Program-made: the position numbers and the translations under genes | From: Lama glama | Lineage: Eukaryota | Direction of reading: 5' to 3' | DNA: 64,000 nt | NCBI GenBank assembly: GCA_028534125.1 | Contig: CM052816.1 | Coordinates: 99,636,001 to 99,700,000, forward strand | In this document: in pieces, positions 24,756-37,085 of the stretch | Layout: every line of letters starts with the position of its first letter | How positions within the stretch are numbered: the stretch's first letter is position 1 | The notes under the pieces: generated by a model | What the model saw: only the letters and a program-made list of their open reading frames with translations | Told to the model about the DNA's origin: nothing | Database searches by the model: none

Positions 24756-26544
24756 GGAGCACCGGACAGGACGTCAGGCTCCGGGAGCAGAGGCCGGCCC
24801 CGACCGAGCCCTCAGACAGGGGCTGTATTTATTGTCCGATCGGTCAGCCCAAGCCTAAGGGAGGCCGTGACACTTGCAGCCACACAGAGGCACCAGCAGA
24901 GTGGACAATGAGAAGACCACAGATTGAAGGAGCTCTGGCGTCTGGAGGGGGGAACAGAGAGGGTGACGGGGGCTGAGGGAGCAGGCTCTCGGGACACCCA
25001 GTGCCCGAGTTCGCTAGTCAGTGCTTTCTCCTGATTTTTATCCCCCACACCTCTCTCTGCCCACCTCGCTTGCGTGTGGTGAGAATAAATGCATCCCTGG
25101 TGGGTCTGAATTGTCCTGATTGGACACTTACGGGGTTTGAACTTCTATTTGAAATATCCGGCACTGCAGCATAACACTATTTCCAGATAGGTCATAGACG
25201 CAGAGAAAAGAGAATGGGTGGAAAATTCACTTAAACCCAAACACAACGTCGACTCCAAGCCACCTCTCCAAGGGCTGAACTGACATAAACGCAGGGATGC
25301 AAAGCCCGGCGAGGGGAGGGGGGGGCACCGGCTCTTGGAAGGGGGAGAGGGCAGCCGGTCTCCGATGATTTACAGCGGCAGAACCGGGCTGCGCATTGGT
25401 AATGGATGGGGACCGGAGGCAGAAAAGGCCAAGCCAGCTCAGACAGGCCGTGCGACTCCGGTCCCAACAATCGAAGGCTAATTCGTTTAACAGATCGGAT
25501 ACCCAGGGACACAGATGACAGCTTAAAAGACCGAGAAATGCCCGTGGGTCCGGTGGGAAAACTCAGGGTTGCAGGCGAAGTCAGCCTACCCGGCGAGGCT
25601 GGCGGAGGCTGATTTGCATTCTCTGGATGGCAGGCAGGAATGAATTAGCTAATGGAAATGGGGGAGCAGGTCTGGTGGAATTTACTAAAGTAAAAAGGAT
25701 CCTTGATCAACATTTTTATGAAACCCCAAGTCAACGTGTCTAGGCCACCAGAGCCCGCAAAGGTTTTCAGTGCCGTTTCTGGTGATGCTTAAAATGCAGG
25801 ATGTGTTTAATTGCCCACAAAACATTTCTTTAGGTACGTTTCACTTGTTCAGTAACCGTTCCCTCTGGTTTCCCCCGCCACCCTGACTAAGGCCGGTAGA
25901 TCTGCGGTTACTAGGGGTGCACTTCTAGGACGGCCGAACTATCTAGAAAGCTGGAGGGACTACTACTTGGTGTCTTAGTGTCCTCTCATTATCTGCCTTC
26001 TTTATAAGTGCGTTTTTTCTTTCTGCTACCACTGATTCCCTGAAAGAGATTCAGCACGGCCACTATAAACATCACTCATTTTAACAGCAGTCTGAACACT
26101 AAACAGAGGGTCACAGTGTACCATTTGTGCATTATTGAGTGACAACCTCTCTGGGCAGGTCCCCAGCCTCTGCTCGACCACAGGCTTCGGTCCTTCCAGC
26201 AGACGCGATTGCCTTCACCGTGGTCAGGCTGGCGCTGGAGGGTTTCCACTGATCCCTCCCCCATCGGCCCCTCCTCACCTCCCTTCTTTACACGCGGGCT
26301 TCCGGGGCGCCCTCCTATGCCTCTCTCCTCTCTCTCCGTGGCGCTCACTGGGGCCCAGGCTCCACGCTCTGTCTCCAGGTCCTCAGAGTGGGGCGGGGGA
26401 ATGAGAGAGGCACAGCTTCAGGTGGAGGAGCCAGTCCCCGCAGCCAACCTCACGCCGCCTTGCCCTGGCCACTCTCCTGGGCCACCATTCATCCTCCCCA
26501 TCACTCTCAGGTCATCTCTATCAAGAATCCCAGATGCTACAACA

Positions 26545-26905
26545 CAGAGACAGACTCAGACGTAGAAACCACACTTATGGTTACCAGGGGGAGCCTGGAG
26601 CAGACAGTCTCCTGGCCAAACTCAGAAGAGCAGGATTTCAAAGATAAAGCTCTGCATCCAGACATAATGAAGTTTACATCTTGGCAGGGGGTGGGGTAAA
26701 TTGGGAGTTCGGGATTTGTAGATACTAACTACTATGTATGAAGTAGATAAACAATAAGGTCTTACTGCATAGCACAGGAACTCTATTTAATACCATATAA
26801 TCACCTATAATAAAAAAGAATATGAAAAAAATATATATGCATCACTGAATCACTGTGCTGTGCACCAGGAATTAACCCAACATTGTAAGTCGACTAGATT
26901 TCAAT
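26545..26905 (+). mobile_element. Camelid-type L1 3' UTR interrupted by a ~90-bp non-L1 insertion
   Basis: cagactcagacgtagaaaccacacttatggttaccagggggag|insert|gggggtggggtaaattgggagttcgggatttgtagatactaac...cattgtaagtcgactagatttcaat; reverse complement of the copy at 58330-58610. Confidence 0.9.
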
Positions 26906-28724
26906 GGAAAGGAGAACCCCAGACCCTGCAGCAGCTTCTGTGACAAACAAACCACCCGACCCCCTCTGCACTCCCCTCAGCTGCGACTGCCCCCTGCAAC
27001 TTCTTGCTGTCCTGGGCCAGTCCCTGCCCACGGTCCTCCACTCCTCTGCCTGGCGCTTCGCCACATTCCGACCTGGAGATCGGCGCCACGGCTTCAGTGG
27101 GCCATGGTGTCGGGGGCTCCGGGCCCACCCACGCCCCCAGTTCCCCAGACCCCGTCCAGGTCTCTCTCAGCCCCCGTCATGCCCCACAGATTCCACCACC
27201 TCCCGACCCAGAACCTCTCACGTCCGTATGTTTTCCAAACAACACCCAGATTCTCCTGGGCTTGGCTTTTTTTCTCTCTGAACTCTTAGTTTTCAAGTGT
27301 CATTCGAGCCAATCCTATGCCCAGAGAATTCTAGACTGATGCAGTTTTAGGTGTTTTATTAGGACAGATCATGAGCACGGAGGCGACAGCAAGACTTACT
27401 TCCTGGCAGGTTACGAAGGCCACAGCCACCTCCAGCCTCTCACGCTCACCCTGGGTCTTTCTGGAGAAAGCTTCTCCCGTGTATCCTTAAAAAGGCTCCA
27501 TGTCGTCAAGTCTGACTTCACGGAAGGACAGCAGTCTTGGTTGAGAAAATGCATCTTAAGATATTCAATAAACTGGGAAAGGTGCACAAATGAGGAGTGT
27601 CATCATTCCTGCTGAATTTAGTCCCTTGGAGGCGACTTCTGTTCAGGGGAAAATGGCCAGGTTCACAGGAATAGCTCCTGTGCCCACCATCCTGCTCAGG
27701 GAACGTCCTGGGCTGCTCCGGGACGTCTCCGAGGCGTCCAAGCTGTCCTGAAGCTACACTGTCATTTTTGGACAACTGTTCCTTTCAGTAACTACCAGGA
27801 TAATTAAGAATTTTCTCTCTGTTGTAAGAAAAGAAGCAAAAAATGCATGCATTTTAAACCATTTTAAACTTTATTACATCCAGATGCAAAGCTCTGTTTC
27901 TGAAATCCTGCTCTTTCGAGGCTGGCCAGGAGGCTGTCTGCTTCAGGGAGTGCAGTGTTCGCAGCCGAAGGACCCTTCTCTGCTTCCAGGAGTGATGCCC
28001 GGTGACGGCTCACTTCCTCACTGTCCCGTCGACCGCTGCCCTCGGCCCTGAGTAAGGAGCAGCCTCGCCCACCACTGCCCCAGCCAAGAGCAAAGCTCGG
28101 GGCCAGGTGACCACGGGCAGTGCCCCCTCACGCCTTTAAGACTTTATCACTTGGGGAAGCTTCACTCTCCTTTTTTCAAAATGTGAACACTATGATTTCC
28201 TTTCATTTCTTCTTTTCCACACGCCTTGGTTGTTTCACTGTCCTGAGCCTTACAGACACGGTACGTGGACACTGAACGTGGATGGGCGGCAAGCGGCTGA
28301 TTGTAACGGCACCTTCTCTTCTCTGGGGAATGTGGTTTCCTTGGCACCATTTGGACCAGACTACAGTCCTCACTTCATTTTAAGTCCTGATTAAATATTA
28401 CAGCACGTTCTCGACATCTTTGGAGAACACATGATTTATGTTACAGTAAACAGATGTCATATACTTGTGTCCTAAATCTTCATAAAAGCTAAGTTGATAG
28501 TTGGTCAAGAATTTCAGTATATTTGTAAAGGATATATGTGTATTTTAGAACTCTGGATACCACATTTTTGATGAGGATTAAATTGAATTTTATTTAAATT
28601 ATTGTGATTGAAATTATGGATTACTGCCTCTCCAGAAGTGATTACCTTTGAAACAGAAATAGTGCTAACTTCAAGCATCACTAAAGGCACGTGGGCCACA
28701 AGTGAATTGAAGGAATTTGTTCTA

Positions 28725-29776
28725 TTTAGCAGCTTTCTTGGCATCTAATAGATGTATAAAGCACGACACACATTTCAAGTGCACAACTTGATGAGTTTGG
28801 ACAACTGAAGACAGCCCTGAAGCCATCACCACAATCAAGGTAATAAATGTACCCACATCACCTCCAAAGGTTTTTGTGTGTCTCCCTTTGTTATTTTGTT
28901 TTGTTCTGTTTTGGTGGCAAGCAGACGAAACAGGAGATCCACGCTCTTCACAAATGTAAGTATGTAACACGGTGTCATTAACCACGGGCCAGATGCCTGT
29001 AATGTGTTCGTCTTTGGTAACGGAAGCTCTGTACCCGCTGAACCCCAGCTGCCCGTGCTCCTTCCCCCCCTGCCCCTCGCAGATGAGACTCCGCTCTCGG
29101 CTTCTGCGAGTCTGACTGTCAGATTTGTCACAGAAGTGGAATGGTGCAGTAAGTGTCCTTCTGAGGCTGGCTTACTGCGCTCAGCAGCGTGCCCTCCAGG
29201 ACCGCCCGTGTTGTTGCCCGTGTTAGGACTTCCTTCCTGCTTAAGGCTGAGTAAGGCTCCACGGGATACAGACACCGCGTTTCACGTAGCCAGCCACTGT
29301 GAGAGTTTGTGTCATTTCTGCATCACTGCATTATTGGGGATAATTCTGCAACGGACATAGGACTGCATGCATCTCTTTGAGAGCCTGATTTCAATTATTT
29401 TGGGTACGTATGTTGGATCATAGGGTAGCTCTGTTGTTAATTTTTCGAGGAACATCTGTACTAGTTTCCAACTTACGCACCATCTTACATCCCCACCAAC
29501 TGTTTACAAAGCCTTCCTTTGCTCCACACTCTCACCAACTCTAGTTCGCTTTTTTTTCTTAGTAACAAGCACTCTAACTGGTGGAAGGTGGTCTCTCATT
29601 GTGGCTTCGATTTGCATTTCCCAGGGGACCGTGGCGGTGAGCCCTGCTCCGCGTGCCGGCAGCCATTTGCTGTCTTCTTCAGAGAAAGGTCTGTTCCAGG
29701 CTCTTGTCTATTTTTCAGCTGGGCTCCTTTTCATTTCTCATCGAGCTTTAAGTGTCTCGTATGTTTTAGATAACAA
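28725..29776 (-). mobile_element. L1 3' end and ORF2 end (same L1MA10/L1MB1-like type as 20532-21084)
   Basis: catcaccacaatcaaggtaataaatgtacccacatcacctccaaagg...tctctttgagagcctgatttcaattattttggg...tctcattgtggcttcgatttgcatttccc. Confidence 0.85.
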
Positions 29777-32700
29777 CCCTCGGAGAGGCTTCAGGAACAG
29801 AGTCGTTGTGCGCTGAGACCGGGCTCTGTCTTCCGTGACCCCTGGGGTCTGCCTCAGACCAGCCTGACGATTGCGGTCCTGTTAGGCACTTGGTTCAACA
29901 AGGAAGGTGGCTGGGGGACCTGGAAGCAGGGCATGGCTGTGCCAGGTGTACGTTAAACAAATATTGTGCTACTTAAACAAGCACCACTTGGCACGTACGC
30001 ATCCCAGGGAAGTGGTCACAGGCCTAAAGAAGGTGAATCCGTCAAGGAAAATACAGGTCCCCGTGGGAAGGCACTTTTTTTCCAGGCAGTATTAGTAACC
30101 AGAAGGAAGGAGGAAAGTCCCGTGGAGCACGAACCACAGCTCCATCTCCTCACAGGAGACTCTAGCGCTGCTCAGGAGGCACCCTCTGCCGTCGTGGTCT
30201 TGGCAGACGTCCCGCTGAATTTTCAGACATCATTTGAATAACATCCGGTTAAAAGCGGACGGCCAGCACGAGTCATCCCCTCGGCACACTGCCTCTCCGG
30301 CATGGAGGTTGGTACCAGGAAGGAAATAATTTTGGTCTATTTCTGTGATTTACTGTTATAATTCCAAAGATAATTATGGTGGTCTTAATTTTTGTTAAAA
30401 ATGCTAACTTGTTGAAATTGTAATCCGTGAATAATTCCCTGAGCTATTTGACCAGTTTTTTTCCTGCCCGTTGAACTTGACCCCACCATCCGTAGGAAGC
30501 GTTATAAATTTTTAAAATTTCCTATGAGTTGGACATTTTAATGAAGCCGGCCCAGCAGTGTCCTGTCAGTGGCCCGTGTGTCGGAGCCGGGGAGGGGAAA
30601 TTTATCTCGCTGGCACAATGCGCAGCCCTGATTTTCACCGGGGCCCAGGCCAACTCCCCTCCGCGGGTTCTTGAATCAGCAAGGCTTGTCTTCCATCCGT
30701 TTGGCATGGGGCGCTCTGCTCCGATCTCGCTTGATTGCCAGGGTGCCCGGGGTTTAGCCCACCTGGAGCCTTGGTACCCAAGCTCTGCCTCCTGACACGC
30801 GGCATGGACGCGTCATCTTTCACGCGGGAGTCAGTGTTTCTCTGCACCCTGCCCCCACCCCGCTCCCTGGTCAGCACACACCCTCTTCATTTTGTGAGAA
30901 GGAAGAATAAACATTTGACAAGAGAACTGTCTGGCACGCACGCTCTCACACAGTTGCAGTTGGGGGCAGAGTCTCCATCTGTCAAGGCCTAAATGCTCGT
31001 AGATCTCCGGCTGGTACCTGGGCCAAGCACTGGGTCGCTCACTCGTAACTTCACGGCACCTCTGTGGGAGGATGACGTCCTTCCTTCAGTGTTAAATCAG
31101 CCCTGGTAGAACCTGTCTGCCGAGGCTCAGAAGGAGAGGAAGTCACATCCTAAAGCTGCGTCATGTCACTGCATCCTGAATCCCAGGGGGCTGTACTGAT
31201 CCCTCTGGGGGTACCGTTCTTAAGAGAAACTGGGGAATGGAGGAGACACAAAGAGTGGGAAGAAGCAAAAAATAAAAAAATAAAAAGAGAGAGAGACGGC
31301 AGCAGAAGAATTTACATCCTGCACGTCAGTCTGGAAGTCAGTCTTCCGTCACGTGGTCCAGGCCAGGCTCCACGTTCACAGGCTTCTTATCAGATTTCGC
31401 ATTTGACACCCCTCCCCCGCCTGCCGCCACGCAACGGGGCTGATAAAACGGGAGCAAATTCCTTCTATTAGTGACTGACAGCAATTTGAGTGAAATGAAG
31501 TTGTACCATGATACTGTTATATACACAAGGTGCAAATAACCCAGTTTGAATAATCACAGCCTGTGTCCTTTTAAATGATTTTTCTCTCCATTTAAAGGAA
31601 AGCCTTTGATGTGATAATATTAATTCCCCCGTGCTGGAAGGAAGAGGAAAAAACGCTCAGAGAAGCGGAAATTAAATGAGTAATGCAGTGTCAGTCAATC
31701 TTTTAAGCCAAGGCCTTATTAACTGCTAATCATTTTGTCATTTTGTCGCTCAAAGTAATAAATTTGATAGGAAAAGACGGGGATGTCTCGTGTTTACTTT
31801 TATTAGCTTTAAACAGAAACAGTCGTGGAGATATTCGTTACCGAGACGCGAGGCATTATGTGCTTTCTGCTAAGCGTATCACCATTTTTCTCCCTCCTCA
31901 GTGTCGATTGCCATAATTTTGAATAATCTGGTTGTCTGAAAAAAAAATTGTACCCAGGCCTCATCCCGAATTCTGTGCCTGAGGTTTTATCAGGCCTCTC
32001 CCAGGCACTTGGCTGCAGCTGATTTGGGGAGGGGGTGCTGACTGTGTGGGAGGTGGCGTCGCCCGCTTCCTGGAGGGACGTTCTCGCTTTGCCGATGTGT
32101 CACTTTCAAAGCCGTGGACGCTGTGGGATCCCGGGGTCACCATCAGCCTTTCCCAGGGCGGCAGCTTGGTGGGCGTCCTGTCGGAGCGTTTCCTCTCGTG
32201 GAGGTTATCCAAGAACGCAGCAGAGGCTGCTTGCTCTGGACAGGAGCGTGGCCCCACGTGTGCTGTGCGTGGCCCCCGCACACACTCAGGGCGCTGAGGG
32301 TGCGCCGGCGTCCCTGGCCGGTTTTTCCCGCTCGAGGCCTTGGCCCTTGCTCACGTCCTGGCCTGCGGACGCCCCCAGGGTCAGTCCCCGCCCACACGGT
32401 GATGGGTGACCAGTGCGGAGCAAGCCTGTCACCCGTCCGAGCACAGCTCCCAACAGCCCGGCCACCTCCCTCCAGATGTGACTCTGAGGAGTGACGCCGT
32501 GAGGAAAGTCAAAGGCTGAACTGAAACTCAAGAGGCCCACCTGCCCGGGCACAGGGTCCGAGGGAGCTCGGAGCTCGGCCCCAGCCGGCAGCTGCGGCCA
32601 CAGCCAGGCGTGTGCGGAGGCGATGGCCCCTGGGCAAAGGCAGCGTCCACAGGGGCCCCGGGCACCACGCTGCTGGGGCTCCCCGCCTGCCGGCGCCACC

Positions 32701-35544
32701 ACGGGACGGGGCGGCCTGCGGTGACCTGGTTCTCACGTGCGGCTGGCTGAATTCCCTAGTTTCTAGCAGAGGGTTGTCCAGGCAGGCAGAGCGGCCCAGG
32801 ACGAGCCAGGACAGCTCCATTCCCTGTCCTGCTGGCTTTGCCCCTGAACAGGCCCTCCTCTCATGGCCAGGAAGAACCGAAGGGCTTTTTCTGTTTGTGA
32901 TATTGAGGAGTTTCCGTATCTTATTGTAAACTGAAGCGTCTGTGGGAGCTATTTCCTGAGGAAGTTTCCAGCCGCTTTGGGAATGAAGCAAGTCTGAAGT
33001 TAATATCTGAGCTGGCCAAAATGTTATTAGTTCCTGTAAGAGGATGCAAGACATATTTGGAGTTCTTTTTTTTTTCTTTCTCTCCCTTGAGAGCGAATTC
33101 AAAGGTACAAAGTGGTTTGCAGCCATATCATCACAAGATTTTGCGAGTGAGAGGAGGTCTTCTGATCATTTTAAACATCTTCCTCTTTCACCCATCTGTT
33201 TACAACTACCAGAAAAACGCGATTGGGCTTTGACTGGGAGAGATGTGGAATGGCTACTAATGAAAGCATCGCACGGGAAGTAGTTGTGAGGTGCCGGCCC
33301 AGGTCCCTGCACGCCCCGCTCTCTCTGGAGTGACGCGGTGGGGCCCCGCTCTTCATTCCCCCTGATGCGCTCAGCCCCTTGTCTAACGCAGAGGTGTTAT
33401 TCTCACAGGACGGGCCACACGCCGAGCCCTGGCTCCAAGGAGACGACAGTCCTGGGATGGAGAAGGCACACATTCAAAACGCTGCTGGAAAACCACTGAC
33501 CACTTTATTTCAGAGGACACCCATGCAAGACAGACGCCACAGTTTTGTGACTTGTCCTATTTTGCCATTCCTTTGCTGTCCAGGCTTCATCCCAGCACGC
33601 ACTTTAAATGCTGAAGGATGGAGTTTCACTCCAGATGAACAAGCTTTTGCCACTTCTCAGTCTGAACGTTGAAGTAAGACGTGCGCCACTGTCTCTCCTG
33701 AAATTCACTTGGAAAATCCACAAGCAGAACGAGAAAGTTCACAAGAAATGACCTGAATGCACCGCCCTTGCCACACTAACGTGAATAGTTTTCCCCCTTC
33801 CCTTCACTCATGTCAGACTGTGCCCAAAGCTAGTCCACTGGTCAGACAGGTGTCACAGAAGGAACTGTCTCACCAAGGGACACAATCACATGTGCAGGTA
33901 AAAAAGGGTGATTTGTTCTTTATTGAGGTTGTCATTTTTATTAGGCACCCCACCCCACCCCAACACTCTTGATACAGAAAACACACCTGCAGGAAAAGGC
34001 ATCAGAAGAGTGGTTGCAGGACATCACGGACCCGAAGGCGCTGTGTGCTCAGAAGTGCTCAGTGTGTGACCATCAGATGCTCCCCCAGTACAGGCCACCG
34101 CTGCAGAGAGCGCCCCCACCTGTGGGCCTGAGCATCCCGTCTGAGTGGAGGGAGAGGACAGTGAAGGGTTCCCCAGAACCTGCTGGTCTTCCCCAGCCCT
34201 GCACACTCAGGGCTCCACCCACGGTCCACCCGGAGCTGAGTCACTAAAATGCCATCATCTCTGCCGCCCACGGTTGGGGTTTTACTAGTGATTTAAAAGA
34301 CCAAAAGGTGAGAAAGAGATAGAATTAAAACAAGTACTGAACTAGAATGGGATTGGATGGGATGAGATGGGACAGAACAGGATGAGAAAGGAGAAGCAGG
34401 AGTGGATGGAATATTTGACACCTGCACCTTGCAGAAGCAGCCGCCTGCTGTCACGTGGTCAGGAGCACCGCCATGAAACGTGCTGTCCCTCCTGAAGCAT
34501 GGGGACACCACCTGCAGCGTCACCTGGGCACTCCCCATCGCCTGGGGGTGTCCTGGGTAGAAACTGACGGTCTCCCAGTAGAAGCCACGCATCCTACGTC
34601 GCTGGCTTGGCTGACACCGTGAGATGCGTGGAAGGGACCCTTGGACATCTGCTTCCAACTCGGGGCTCAGAGCTGAGGAAGCCTAGGGCGGCCACAGGGT
34701 CAAACAGCGGGGACCAAACAGTTGAATCCTGTCCTGCCCCCTGGGGCCTGGGGCACATCGCCCCCCTCCAGCAGAAGCCACAGAAACCTCACGGAGGGTG
34801 TGCAGAGGAGCAGCGTCCTTGTAGGGCAGCAGCTTTCAACAGGAGACTCCAGCCCCCGTGTGTGCCTGGCTGCACCCGCCTGTGCTCTGGAGACGCCTCC
34901 AGGCAGGGGTGCCCTTGGGTGAAAGCTCGTGTGGTTTTGGGGTCCCAGGCTGCAGAGCACTGGGAGCTGGCACCGGGGCCTTGCTGGCTGGGAAACCGCT
35001 CCATCCTCACACCGCCTCGTCTGTGTCCAGAGCCTGTGCCGCCGTCCCCTCTTCCATGCCACTTGCTTTGTCGCAGGGGGCTGGGGAAGTTTTCTCTGGA
35101 AATCTCTCTCACGTTCTGCCTCTTCCACTGGCAGTTGGTAGGTGGTACACTGGTCTTAAGACATCCTCATTAAAAGCTTCAACTCAATGTTTTATTTGCA
35201 AAATAAAAACATTAAAGACACAATTGAACTCTCTTTTCAGGGGCTTAGAAAAGATGCAAAGGGTGGAAATGCTTTTTCAGACGTTGACTGACACACGTAT
35301 CTCCTTGTTCACTTTTATCCATTGAAATGAGGTGGAAAGCAATTTGCTGTTTTATTGGGGGGATTTTGTGCACGTGGATGTGTTTGTTGCGAGTGTGTAT
35401 TTTAACTGAATCAACACCCTAGACAATATCTCTTAGTGTTTCTGCAGGTTTCTTAAAACCTGTGACGGATCCACTGAATGGTAATGAAATTGGGCTCCCC
35501 CTTCAGGAGATGGTTATGTGACCCGCAAGCGCCTGCAAGATGCC

Positions 35545-35620
35545 CTGTGACCTTGAGCACGTGCCCTACCTCGCCTGGGTTTTCTCACCTGAAACTGAGC
35601 TGCCTGTAGGGCTCGCAAGG
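35545..35620 (+). mobile_element. MIR fragment
   Basis: ctgtgaccttgagcacgtgccctacctcgcctgggttttctcacctgaaactgag resembles the MIR core. Confidence 0.5.
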
Positions 35621-36974
35621 ACCACACCGCACAGTGGAGGCCTGGGTCTCCGCACCCCGCAGGGCAGCGCTGTTAGCTGTCGTCCTGTCATGACCGCGCT
35701 TGGACGCAAGCCTGCTCTCTGGCGGAGGCCGCGTCCCGGTCTTCACTGCGCGTTAGTTTCCCACCCTGGCCACTGGCGGCACCTGGCGACCCTGCAGCCT
35801 CTGGGTGCACGAGGGTGATGGCTCTCGGGCGCGCTCTGTGTGTCCTGAGGCATATCCGCGTCTCTGAGGCGCGCGTGAGTGCGGGTGAGTCACGTGTTGA
35901 CCTTCCGGAGATGCTCACGTTCTCCTAAGAATAGGTCTGCCCCTGCCTCTGAGAGCTCTGCCCAGAGGCGTCTTCTTATGGGAAGAAGAATGAGGGTACA
36001 AAATACGTATCATTGCACACAAACCATGCTGTCCTTGGCTCCCTTCTATGAATTCAGAGCAGAGCAAGTCCACCGAGCTGTCATGGAAGGAAAAGGGCTT
36101 GGTAAGTGGGGACCAGCTCCATCCCTGGCCTGCGTGGGTTTCAGCAGGTCCTCCTGAGAGGGAAGCTGTCAACGCAGCCGCTTCAGCATGGACTCCAGGT
36201 GCCTGTTTCTGCCATTGGTGAGATGCCAGGCTAGTTATATGGTTTTATTTAAACGCACCTGATGGTGGGTTTCCCTCATATGCATTTGTTTATTGATCAG
36301 TGATCGACTGATCGGTCAGCTCTGATCCTGATATGTGCTCCTGCCCTGCAGTGGTGGAGACAGATCTCAGGCTCCCTAACCTGGCCACCCTCGCACTCAA
36401 CTCAAACCATGGGGAAATCACCCGGGCGGGATACCCACGAGGAGCTGAGTTTCGGAAAACCTACCTGTCTCTGTTTCCAGCCCGACGCGGGAGATGAATT
36501 TCACGCCACTGGTCATCACACCTCTCCTGTGTTTCCGCACAGCCTCATTGCTCGTTTGCTGTTCCGTCTAGAACCTGCAGCTGGTCTCCGTGACGGCACT
36601 TCCAGGATTCAAGCGTCTGAAATAAATTATCATCCAATTAACCCATGCAAATTGCAGTTTGTACTTGATAACAGAAATCGTAAGAAAAAGAATCATCCAA
36701 CGTAAACACAAATTACATACACACCTTAATTATCGCACGTTATGAAATGCAGGAGGGACATATATGTATTCTTCCTATGACAGCCACTGTTCATTCTTGA
36801 ATTGTTTACAAAACAGTGATAGCAATTTGCATTTAGATGATATGTTTCTTAAAAGAGCGTGGCATGGTATGTGTGTGTTTATGTATATACACACATAAAT
36901 TACAGCTATGAATTCTGTACTAATATAAGAGTAAATACATTTTCTTTATGGAACATGCTGATAGCAATTATGAC

Positions 36975-37085
36975 CATTATGCTCATTTTAAGCAGTGGGA
37001 TTTTGGGACTTTCAAAAATGAAATAATTTGTCCAGGTCCACATTCCATGTCCATGGCAGAACTGGAAATGAAGACAGGGCTTGGG
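36975..37085 (-). mobile_element. MIR fragment
   Basis: ctcattttaagcagtggga...gaaataatttgtccaggtccaca...tggcagaactggaaatgaa resembles the antisense MIR core. Confidence 0.5.

Noticed and set aside
36293..36332. Cluster of TGATC motifs
   Set aside because: Most simply a decayed (TGAT)n-type microsatellite; no evidence of function.
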